Below are positions 10,905 through 19,599 of a DNA stretch of 64,000 bases, piece by piece (position 1 is the stretch's first letter; each line of letters begins with the position of its first letter). A model generated the notes under the pieces. That model saw nothing but the letters and a program-made list of their open reading frames with translations. It searched no databases and had not been told where the DNA came from. The stretch lies in the IMG/VR virus record IMGVR_UViG_3300032286_000547, positions 32,001-96,000 of that record, one strand, 5' to 3'. This DNA comes from a virus. A program made the position numbers and the translations under genes.

Positions 10905-13900
10905 ATGAGTTGTAACGATAAGAAAAAATTTAGAACATCAGAAGCATCAACAAAGGCATCCTTAAGAACTAAGGGTGCCATTGATGCGTTTTTAAATATC
11001 CTTGATTATAACAAGTTCAACAACTTGAATAATGAATGGACAAGAATTGCTAAAGAACGTTTTGGTATTAGTGGTAGATTGTTTTCAGAAGAGAATAATA
11101 AAGCTATTCCAAACAAAGAAGCATTCAGAAAAATAGATAATGCTAAAGGTATCTTTTATCAAGAAGGTGAAACTGCAATGTCTAAAGCTTCTCCTGAGAC
11201 ATTAGAGAAGGTTAAAGATATTATCAAAGCTATGGGAGTAGAGATTCAAGATCTTGCTACATACATGAAAGAAACAGGATTAGTTAATCCTAATGTAAAT
11301 GGTGCTGCAGATCTTGTAAGAGGTATCATTGCTATTGCTGAAGGTAAAGAAGATGTTGCTCTTACAGAAGAGATGGTCCACATTGCTACAGCTATTATAA
11401 ATCTAAAAAATCCACAGATGGTCACAGAGATGATCTCTAAGATAGATAGATTTGAAATATACAAAACTACATTAAACGAATATAAGAATGATCCTGCGTA
11501 TCAACTTCCTAATGGTAAACCAGACATCAGAAAGATAAAGAAAGAAGCTGTAGATAAACTTATAGCTGAATTGATTATCAATGAATCTGAGGGCTCTACA
11601 GAGTTCCCTGAGTTAATGAATGAAACCAATCGATCTATAATTAGAAGATGGTGGGATGCTATTGTTGATTTCTTTAGAGGTCAATACAGAAAATCTAATA
11701 TTAATATATTTGGAGAAACCGCTAGACTTATTTTAAATAATGGTGTAGAAGGTAATGTACTTGATTTAGATTCAAAAGAAATCTATTATCAACTTACAGA
11801 TGCTCAGAAAAATATACAAGATAAACTACAAGCAACTAAAGATAGACTTGAAAAGGTTGAATCTAATGAGGTTTCAGATCCATTATTACTTGATGAAGAA
11901 ACAGCAAATAACTTTTATGAATTAGTAAATCCAGATGGTACTAGAACTAGAGTTCTTAAAAGAGTTACTGATAGAGTGAAAGCTTGGTACAAACAAAGAT
12001 TTGGAAACAAAGTATTTACAGAAGAAGAGAAAGCTTTCAATGAATTAAAAAGAGACCTTGGTATAAAAGGTCATGGATATTTTGAAGAGATTCACGATAG
12101 ATATTTTAATTCTGATGGTACAAGAAAAGAAATCATAGAAGATCGTCCATACATAAATAATGTTGCTGACAAAGATGTGTATGATAAGATTGAAAAGTAT
12201 TATACAGATCTTATTGCTAGTTTCTCTGAGAATGGAAAGAATCCATTAGTGTTCTCTGAGGTGAAGATATATGATGTTAAAGAAAAAGAAGCTGGTACCA
12301 TTGACCTTTTAATTGTAGAAGAGAATGGTAAAGCTAACATCTTTGACTGGAAGTTCATGAGTGTTGCCCCTGGTGCAAAAGATGTTGCTTGGTACAAACA
12401 AGGAGCATACAATGTTCAGCTTGGTAGATACAAAGAAATCCTACGTGATAACTATGGAGTGAAAGAGTTTGGAATGAACAGAGCTATTCCAATCATTATG
12501 GACATCAAGAGAGAAGATCCTAAAAATCCATCATCTCCTGCTGTACTTAAAGGAATAGCAATTGGTTCTGTGAACACTGCAGACATTGAAGACGTAAGAC
12601 TTATTCCTGTATCAGAAGAAAGTGAATCAACTGGTTTTGAATCACTTGATGAATTGATTCGTAAGTTAAATGCTGTGTATAGACAAATCAGTAAGAAAGA
12701 TGTTAGTGATGAAGAAGAGCGTGAGTTCAAAAGAGAACGTATGAACATTCTTAAGACAGCTATACGTACAGCACAGAGTTCATTAAACATTGCTCCTCTT
12801 GTAGATGTAATCAAGATTATGAGAAAAGAAGGTCAAGAGATTCTTGATGATTATAAAACTACATATGAAGGAAGACCTGCTACATCAGAAGACTTCAATG
12901 ACTCACAGTTATCAGACTTTGCTGAGAACATGAGAGAATATATGGCCACTGCTGATGTGTTTGGTAGAATAGATGATCTTATTGGAGATCTTATCTACAC
13001 TGCAGAGATGGAGAAGAACGCTACAACACCTGAGCAGAAAGAAGAGATAGCTATGAGAAAAGATCTTCTTTTCAACATTACACAAGAAGCTAAACTAATT
13101 AGAGCATCTGAAAGAGAAATAACAAGAATCTCTGGTGAGTTTGCTGATAAGTTTATTGGACAAAGAAACTTAGTTGTAGGACTTACTAAAGCAGAAGCTA
13201 TAGTAAAAGGATTGTCTTCTACCTTTAGAGGTATATCAGATCTTCCATTAGCATCGTTACAGATTTTATACAAACTTGTAACCAATGCAAAAGGAATGGC
13301 ATCACAGAAAGCTCTTGGTGAAGTGAATGAACTTATGGCAATAAGAAAAAGACTTGTTGACAGAGGTGGTGATATTAGAAAACTTGTTCAAGAGATATAC
13401 CAGAAAGATGATAAGGGTAAGTTAGTTAATAAACTCATCTATAGATTTGATAGAAAGTTCTATGATACTGTAGATAGCAATGCTCTTGAAGGAAACAAAG
13501 AATGGTTATTAGATAACATTGATGTTGAAGCTTACAAAAAAGAAGCTTTAAAGATCATGAATGAAAGAATAAACAAGATTAAAAAGATATACAGTGAAGA
13601 TGAAGATCTTAGAGAGAAGCTTATCTATGAGGAAGAAAGAAAATGGGACATAGATAGAGATGACTTCAATGGATTTGATAACTATGTTATTAAAAGACAT
13701 CCTCTTGCAAAATGGGAATCTAAAGAATATAAGAATATTCAGAAAGATGCAGACCTGTTAGATCTATACAACTTTATTACAAAAATAAATACTAAAGCTA
13801 AAGATGCTGGATACATAAGTAATAAACTATCTTCTACATTCCTACCGTTTGTACGTAAAGGAATGGCAGAAAGTTTTGCTTGGGACTTCAGTCTTTCTGC

Positions 13901-15914
13901 AGTTAAAAACTTTGGAACTAATCTATCTATCAATGCTGATGATGTGGGTTATGGAGCAGTTAATGAACTTACAGGAGAGCTAGAGAATAGCATTCCTAAA
14001 TACTACACATATGATTTTACAAGAGGAGAAGATGGTGTGAATGATTATAGTGATGTGAGTGAGGACATATTCAAGAATATGATTTTGTATATCAACCACA
14101 TGGAGAAATATACATACCTATCAGATGTAGAAGGACAGCTTCAGTTGGTTAAAACAATTGAGACATTCAAAGATCACTTAAACACTAGTAGAACTGGTGA
14201 TGTAGTGATTAAAGATGGTAAGCCTGAAGAACTTAAAGGTAATGAAGAGAACACTAAGATATTTAATGATTTCTTACGTGCCCTACTTTACGAACAAAAA
14301 TATCCTCTATCTGATTCTGATATTCCATTAGGCCTTGGTAAAGTTTCTAACTTCATGAAAGAAGCAATTAATAAAGTGGCTGGTAGAGAAGTGTTTACAA
14401 TAGATGACACTCCTAGTGCTACATCATTAGTTAAGACAATGGATGCTGCTAATAGAGCATTCCAATTAAAGACACTTGGATTTGAATTCATATCAGGAGC
14501 TGTCAACTTATTTGGTGCTAATATCCAGGTGGCAACACAAGCTGGTAACTATTTCAAAGCTAGAGAGTTTGCTGCTAATGAAGGAAAACTTATAGGTAAT
14601 AGATTCAAAAATGATGAGGAGAGAGAAATGTTCATTCAAATGATTAATAAATTCATGCCTCTTAAAGATGATCCTACATATGATAAGCTGAGACAAGCAG
14701 GGTTAACTGCTTTAACTAGACAAAACTTTTCTGATATGCTTATGGTCTTTATGAGAGAACCTGAGCAACACGTAGAGAAATCTATATTCTTAACTCTTCT
14801 TCAAAACATGATGGTTGAAGATGGTAAGATAGTTAGTATTAGAGAGTTTGTAAAAAACAAATACAAAGGTAGATTTGAGAATGCACAGACATATAGAGAT
14901 ACAAAAAAACAAATCGATGCTGAGATAGAAGAGCTTAAGAAAACAAGATCTATAGATGCTATCAAAACATTAGAAGATGGTAAACTTGTTATTCCTGGTC
15001 TTGATCTTAACAATGCTACTGAGTTACAACGTCTTACAAACTTAACTAGACGTATATCTAGAAATGCTACAGGTGGTCTTTCTGATTCTGATATGAATAG
15101 AATGGGAATGAACATCTGGACCAAGAGTATGATGGTGTTCAAAAACTGGATACCTAAACTTGTTGATACACGTTTCTCTGAATTAAGAAGAGTGTCTGAT
15201 GACTTCTCTGTAACAATTGATGAGGATGGTATATCTGAAGGAGATAAATACGATATTGGTAGAGTGAGACTGTGGGCTTATGTAATGGGAACTTCTATTA
15301 GAGATAGAAGCTCTAACATCTACAACATCCTATCTATGAATGATAAAGGTCTTGCTGTATTAGATAAAATGTATGAAGAGTTTTCAGAGAAATATGAAAA
15401 GAGAACAGGTAAACCTTTCAACATGACTAAAGAAGATTTCATTGATATGATTAAAAATAATCTACGTAATGAAGCAAAAGAACTTGCAATACTTCTTTCT
15501 TTATTTGGAATGATGTTCTCATTAGGATTTGTTGCTCCAGACGATGATGATGATAAAGCAACTAAGAACTTCTATAGATATACTCAAAGAGTGATAGATA
15601 AATTCATTGGTGAGCTTTCGTTCTTCTATAATCCTGTAGAGTTTCAAAAGATATTAAGTGGTGGAATGTTCCCTGCTATTGGAATCTTCTCAGACATTGA
15701 AAGATTTGTAAGTCATACAACAATGGAAGTTACAGGATATGATATAAAAAATCCAGAACTTACAACAGATGAGGTTAGAAAGAAAGCACAACCAGTTAAG
15801 AATGCTGCTAAGATGTTTCCTTTTACTAAATCATTAATGACTTATGGAGCAATATTTGATGCTGAATTTGCTAAGGAATATGATATAACAATCCAAAAAG
15901 AAAGTAGAAGATAA
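10905..15914 (+). CDS. Large virion/ejection protein with an internal PD-(D/E)xK nuclease-like domain
   Basis: 1669 aa directly after the vRNAP. It has a SEVKIYD...AGTIDLLIVEENGKANIFDWKF nuclease-type motif, a degenerate zincin segment (EEMVH) and a hydrophobic stretch near the C-terminus. Confidence 0.65.
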   Translation: MSCNDKKKFRTSEASTKASLRTKGAIDAFLNILDYNKFNNLNNEWTRIAKERFGISGRLFSEENNKAIPNKEAFRKIDNAKGIFYQEGETAMSKASPETLEKVKDIIKAMGVEIQDLATYMKETGLVNPNVNGAADLVRGIIAIAEGKEDVALTEEMVHIATAIINLKNPQMVTEMISKIDRFEIYKTTLNEYKNDPAYQLPNGKPDIRKIKKEAVDKLIAELIINESEGSTEFPELMNETNRSIIRRWWDAIVDFFRGQYRKSNINIFGETARLILNNGVEGNVLDLDSKEIYYQLTDAQKNIQDKLQATKDRLEKVESNEVSDPLLLDEETANNFYELVNPDGTRTRVLKRVTDRVKAWYKQRFGNKVFTEEEKAFNELKRDLGIKGHGYFEEIHDRYFNSDGTRKEIIEDRPYINNVADKDVYDKIEKYYTDLIASFSENGKNPLVFSEVKIYDVKEKEAGTIDLLIVEENGKANIFDWKFMSVAPGAKDVAWYKQGAYNVQLGRYKEILRDNYGVKEFGMNRAIPIIMDIKREDPKNPSSPAVLKGIAIGSVNTADIEDVRLIPVSEESESTGFESLDELIRKLNAVYRQISKKDVSDEEEREFKRERMNILKTAIRTAQSSLNIAPLVDVIKIMRKEGQEILDDYKTTYEGRPATSEDFNDSQLSDFAENMREYMATADVFGRIDDLIGDLIYTAEMEKNATTPEQKEEIAMRKDLLFNITQEAKLIRASEREITRISGEFADKFIGQRNLVVGLTKAEAIVKGLSSTFRGISDLPLASLQILYKLVTNAKGMASQKALGEVNELMAIRKRLVDRGGDIRKLVQEIYQKDDKGKLVNKLIYRFDRKFYDTVDSNALEGNKEWLLDNIDVEAYKKEALKIMNERINKIKKIYSEDEDLREKLIYEEERKWDIDRDDFNGFDNYVIKRHPLAKWESKEYKNIQKDADLLDLYNFITKINTKAKDAGYISNKLSSTFLPFVRKGMAESFAWDFSLSAVKNFGTNLSINADDVGYGAVNELTGELENSIPKYYTYDFTRGEDGVNDYSDVSEDIFKNMILYINHMEKYTYLSDVEGQLQLVKTIETFKDHLNTSRTGDVVIKDGKPEELKGNEENTKIFNDFLRALLYEQKYPLSDSDIPLGLGKVSNFMKEAINKVAGREVFTIDDTPSATSLVKTMDAANRAFQLKTLGFEFISGAVNLFGANIQVATQAGNYFKAREFAANEGKLIGNRFKNDEEREMFIQMINKFMPLKDDPTYDKLRQAGLTALTRQNFSDMLMVFMREPEQHVEKSIFLTLLQNMMVEDGKIVSIREFVKNKYKGRFENAQTYRDTKKQIDAEIEELKKTRSIDAIKTLEDGKLVIPGLDLNNATELQRLTNLTRRISRNATGGLSDSDMNRMGMNIWTKSMMVFKNWIPKLVDTRFSELRRVSDDFSVTIDEDGISEGDKYDIGRVRLWAYVMGTSIRDRSSNIYNILSMNDKGLAVLDKMYEEFSEKYEKRTGKPFNMTKEDFIDMIKNNLRNEAKELAILLSLFGMMFSLGFVAPDDDDDKATKNFYRYTQRVIDKFIGELSFFYNPVEFQKILSGGMFPAIGIFSDIERFVSHTTMEVTGYDIKNPELTTDEVRKKAQPVKNAAKMFPFTKSLMTYGAIFDAEFAKEYDITIQKESRR

Positions 15915-15918
15915 CAAC

Positions 15919-15981
15919 GCTATATTATATCAGATATTTGATATAAACGCTTTTATAATACATAATTAATATATAAATTTG
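15919..15981 (+). promoter_or_regulatory. Putative promoter: GCTATATTAT box plus Bacteroidota -7 element TAAATTTG
   Basis: TAnnTTTG at 15974-15981 just upstream of ATG 15987. GCTATATTAT starts 55 bp earlier, the same arrangement as at 24597-24659. Confidence 0.6.
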
Positions 15982-15986
15982 CCTAC

Positions 15987-16376
15987 ATGAGAACAGCTGC
16001 AATTTGCCCAACGTGTGCCACATATGAAAATGCTTTATGCGTTATATACAATGGCCCTAGTCTTAATAACATAGATGTTGCTCCTTTAGAGGATCTTCAA
16101 ACAGTGTTAGGTAAGATAAATACTAATTTAGTACCATTATCTGGTACAACACCACCTCTTACATCTGCTACATACTTAGGACAGCTTTATGTAAATACAG
16201 CTACATCCATTTTGTATTTTGCTAAGTCAGTAGGTACAGGAGCTGCTGATTGGAATCTTGTATTAACAAGTCCACAAGTAGTTCCTCAATATGCTAATAA
16301 TGCAGCAGCATTGTTTGCAGGTTTACCTCCAGGTAAAATATATCGTACAGGAGATATTCTAAAAATTGTTCACTAA
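15987..16376 (+). CDS. Putative virion structural protein sharing a Cys-containing N-terminal domain with the next gene
   Basis: C..C....A.CV.Y.GP.L..I.....E.L...L.KIN..L is shared with 16392. It ends in a YANNAAA..AGL..GKIYRTG motif typical of phage fibre-associated proteins. Confidence 0.55.
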   Translation: MRTAAICPTCATYENALCVIYNGPSLNNIDVAPLEDLQTVLGKINTNLVPLSGTTPPLTSATYLGQLYVNTATSILYFAKSVGTGAADWNLVLTSPQVVPQYANNAAALFAGLPPGKIYRTGDILKIVH

Positions 16377-16391
16377 TTAATACAAACCCTC

Positions 16392-18929
16392 ATGAGTATA
16401 ATCTGTGCAGCTAATCCTTGCCCAATATTATTAAGTGCGTCCTGTGTATTTTATGAAGGACCTAACTTAGTATGTATTGGTATAAATACTAATGAAACTA
16501 TTGAATCTGCATTACAAAAGATAAACAATAGACTTTGTTCTGGTGCTGGTGCTGATGGAACTAGTGGTACTTCTGGTACCAGTGGTACGTCAGGCACAAC
16601 AGGTACTAGTGGAACATCTGCCACTTCAGGAACTTCAGGTACCACAGGTACTAGTGGAAGTTCTGGAACCAGTGGCACATCTGCTACTAGTGGTACTACT
16701 GGGACTAGTGGTACATCCGCTACATCTGGAACAAGTGGAAGCTCAGGAGTACAAGGTGATCTTTATAGAACAACATCAACTAATTGTCTTACATTAGGTG
16801 ACTCAGGAACATTTACTGTTGCTACAGGATTGTCATACACTCCTGGACAGTCTATTGTTATTTCATATAATGCATTCAATTATCAAGAATGTATTGTTAT
16901 TACATACAATCACATTACAGGAGAATTAGTTTTCAGTGTTCCTACAGTAGTTGTTGGTTCAGGTAATTATTGTTCATGGGATATAAACTTAGAAGGTGCA
17001 GTAGGAGGAAATGGTTCTAATGGTACATCTGGTACGTCTGGATCTGCAGGAACATCTGGTAGTACAGGTACAAGCGGTACTTCTGGAAGTAGTGGAACTA
17101 CAGGAACCTCTGGAACTAGTGGTACAAGTGGCACCTCTGGTACTACAGGAACTAGTGGAACATCAGGTACTGCTGGTACAACAGGAACATCAGGAACTAG
17201 TGCTACTAGTGGAACAAGTGGATTGAATGGTTCTTCAGGAGCTGCTATAGCTAACTGGTTTGCAAGTTATTCTAATAATGCAAATCAACCTATAATAGCT
17301 GCAAATACACCTACAGTAGTTACATATAATACAACAGAAATAGCAAATGGTATTGTTCTAGACTTTGGTCAACAGATTAGATATGCACATGCTGGTGTAT
17401 ATGAATTTGGATATTCTTTACAAGTAGAAAAAACAGGTGGAATAAGTACAGATTTAGAGATATGGGTTAGAAAGAATGGTAATAACATTGTTAGAACAGA
17501 TTCATATTTAACTATTGCAACTAATGGTGTAATACAATTACCATATGTATCTTTTATATTAGACCTACAAGCTAATGATTATTTAGAGATTGTATTTTCT
17601 TCTTCAAATCCAAATGTTCAATTAACAGCTAAAGCTGCTAAAGTTGCTCCATACAGTGCACCTGCTGCACCTTCTGTTATTGTTGTAACAAAACAAATAG
17701 GTGTAAGTGTAGGAAGTACATCTGGTACAAGTGGAACTACTGGTACAAGTGGAACCACTGGAACATCAGGGACTTCTGGAACTAGTGGTACGTCTGCTAC
17801 TAGTGGAACCACTGGTACTTCTGGTACCTCTGCAACAAGTGGTACTGCTGGAACTTCTGGAACTACAGGTACTGGAGGAACCTCTGGTACATCTGGAACT
17901 TCAGCCACTAGTGGAACTTCAGGAATATCAGGAAGCTCTGGAACATCTGCTACATCAGGAACATCAGGATATTCAGGAGATAAATACGCAACAACTTCTT
18001 CTACATGTTATACAATTCAAGCACCTGGTGGCACAGGTACTATTACTATTGGTACAGCACTATCTTATACATTAGGACAAAGTATAATTATAACTTATTC
18101 AGGCGATGCTTTTAAACATAATGAAGCTATTGTTACAGCATATAACCCAGCCACTGGTGTTTTAAGTTTTGAAGTGACAGGTCAAACTGGTTCAGGATTT
18201 TATTGTTCATGGTTTGTTAACCTTGATGGTGCTACAGGAGGAGATGGATCTCATGGTACATCAGGTACTAGTGGTTCATCATCTACTAGCGGATCTTCAG
18301 GAACTACAGGAACTTCTGGTACATCAGGTACAACTGGTACTTCAGGGACTTCAGCAATTAATGGAACTAATGGAACATCAGGAACATCTGGCTCAAGTGG
18401 TACTTCAGGTACATCTGGAACAACAGGTACAAGTGGTACAAGTGGAAGCAGCGGATCTTCAGGCACCTCTGGCTCTAGTGGGACTACTGGTACTTCTGGT
18501 ACAACTGGTACTAGCGGAACAAGTGGTTCTAGTGGCTCTAGTGGCTCTAGTGGTACGTCTGGAACATCAGGTACAACAGGTACATCAGGTACAAGTGCTG
18601 TAGATGGATCTAGTGGAACTTCAGGATCTAGTGGAGTATCTGGAGCAGGAGGATCAATTAAAAGTATAAACTTAGTTTCTACAAATACTAATGCAGGTTC
18701 TACAGCAAGTACAGATTATTTTTATTTTGGTTCAAACACAATAAACATTACATTACCAACAGCAGTGGGTAATGATAATTATTACACAATAAAGAATGTA
18801 GGAACAGGTGTAATAACAATCAACACTACATCCTCACAAACAATAGATGGAAGTTTAACAGCTCCAATAAAAGTTCAATATTTATCATTAACATTAATTA
18901 GCGATGGTGCTAATTGGAATATTATATAA
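16392..18929 (+). CDS. Collagen-like (Gly-Thr-Ser) tail/capsid fibre protein
   Basis: Four long (G-T/S-S/T)n blocks separate two paralogous beta domains (GD.Y.TTS...LSYT.GQSI.I.Y...GSG.YCSW..NL.GA.GG), a BclA/C1q-like domain and a C-terminal TITLPTA...IKN.G.G..TI...IDG...LISDG.NW domain. Confidence 0.75.
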   Translation: MSIICAANPCPILLSASCVFYEGPNLVCIGINTNETIESALQKINNRLCSGAGADGTSGTSGTSGTSGTTGTSGTSATSGTSGTTGTSGSSGTSGTSATSGTTGTSGTSATSGTSGSSGVQGDLYRTTSTNCLTLGDSGTFTVATGLSYTPGQSIVISYNAFNYQECIVITYNHITGELVFSVPTVVVGSGNYCSWDINLEGAVGGNGSNGTSGTSGSAGTSGSTGTSGTSGSSGTTGTSGTSGTSGTSGTTGTSGTSGTAGTTGTSGTSATSGTSGLNGSSGAAIANWFASYSNNANQPIIAANTPTVVTYNTTEIANGIVLDFGQQIRYAHAGVYEFGYSLQVEKTGGISTDLEIWVRKNGNNIVRTDSYLTIATNGVIQLPYVSFILDLQANDYLEIVFSSSNPNVQLTAKAAKVAPYSAPAAPSVIVVTKQIGVSVGSTSGTSGTTGTSGTTGTSGTSGTSGTSATSGTTGTSGTSATSGTAGTSGTTGTGGTSGTSGTSATSGTSGISGSSGTSATSGTSGYSGDKYATTSSTCYTIQAPGGTGTITIGTALSYTLGQSIIITYSGDAFKHNEAIVTAYNPATGVLSFEVTGQTGSGFYCSWFVNLDGATGGDGSHGTSGTSGSSSTSGSSGTTGTSGTSGTTGTSGTSAINGTNGTSGTSGSSGTSGTSGTTGTSGTSGSSGSSGTSGSSGTTGTSGTTGTSGTSGSSGSSGSSGTSGTSGTTGTSGTSAVDGSSGTSGSSGVSGAGGSIKSINLVSTNTNAGSTASTDYFYFGSNTINITLPTAVGNDNYYTIKNVGTGVITINTTSSQTIDGSLTAPIKVQYLSLTLISDGANWNII
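16555..18650 (+). repeat. Four blocks of 9-nt-period Gly-X-Y (GTS/GTT/GSS/ATS) coding repeats (~16555-16750, 17012-17240, 17713-17977, 18255-18650)
   Basis: Directly visible ggn-acn-(tcn/agy) repeats with diversified synonymous codons. Confidence 0.9.
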
Positions 18930-18931
18930 TT

Positions 18932-19282
18932 ATGGCATATACACCAGTATCCCCTTCGTCTTATTTTGATTTAGTATCAGCAGCAAGTACAAATCCAACT
19001 GTTATTAAAGCAAGTGCTGGAACAGTAAATGGTTGGTACATTTATAATTCAAATGGTTCACCAAGAAAAGTTGCTTTTCATAATATAGCTACAACACCAA
19101 CAGCTGGTTCAGGAGTGGTAATAGCTTTAGTGATACCTCCTTTATCAGCAGCTAACGTTTCACTTCCTGATGGTATAACATTTACAACAGGAATTTCAAT
19201 AACAACTGTGACAGGATTAGCTGAATCAGATGCAACAGCTGTTGCGGTAAATGATCTAATAATTAACATATTTTATAAATAA
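18932..19282 (+). CDS. Putative virion structural protein (small beta-rich)
   Basis: Likely start MAYTPV at 18932, after the upstream stop. It is Thr/Ala/Val-rich and lies in the fibre operon. Confidence 0.5.
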   Translation: MAYTPVSPSSYFDLVSAASTNPTVIKASAGTVNGWYIYNSNGSPRKVAFHNIATTPTAGSGVVIALVIPPLSAANVSLPDGITFTTGISITTVTGLAESDATAVAVNDLIINIFYK

Positions 19283-19286
19283 TATC

Positions 19287-19598
19287 ATGGCAAATTTAAA
19301 CCCTACAAACGTAATTACTTATCCATTAAATTGGGAAGCAAAATCTATAGAGATAACAGTTAATGCATTTCCATTATTTCCTCAAACAGTTGAGGTATTT
19401 TGGAAACTAATTGGAGATTCAAATTCATTCAGTGGCTCTACAACAATACCAAACAGTGTTGTATCTCAATGGGGTACAGATGACGCTGTGATACAATCTT
19501 ATGTATTACAACAATTAGGATTGTCAGAAGCATTAGTGCCTACAGTTAATGAACCAGTTATTACAGAAGAACCGACAACAGAAGAACCTATAGTATAA
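19287..19598 (+). CDS. Hypothetical fibre-associated protein
   Basis: 103 aa with a WGTDD motif seen in small genes that follow phage fibre genes, and an acidic EP-rich tail. Confidence 0.45.
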   Translation: MANLNPTNVITYPLNWEAKSIEITVNAFPLFPQTVEVFWKLIGDSNSFSGSTTIPNSVVSQWGTDDAVIQSYVLQQLGLSEALVPTVNEPVITEEPTTEEPIV

Positions 19599-19599
19599 T

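Noticed and set aside
10885-10907. Slippery heptamer T TTT TTA at the end of the vRNAP as a programmed fusion to the next gene
   Set aside because: The -1 frame stops at TGA within a few codons and the +1 frame stops at TAA before 10905, so no fusion is possible.
1045-15142. Many short minus-strand ORFs inside the two giant genes
   Set aside because: They are antisense shadows of long, well-formed coding frames, with no start context or recognisable motifs.
16451-18603. ORF-track entries such as VPLVPEVP (minus strand) and LVVLLV (+ alternate frame)
   Set aside because: They are shadow frames of the GTS repeats, which lack stop codons by construction.
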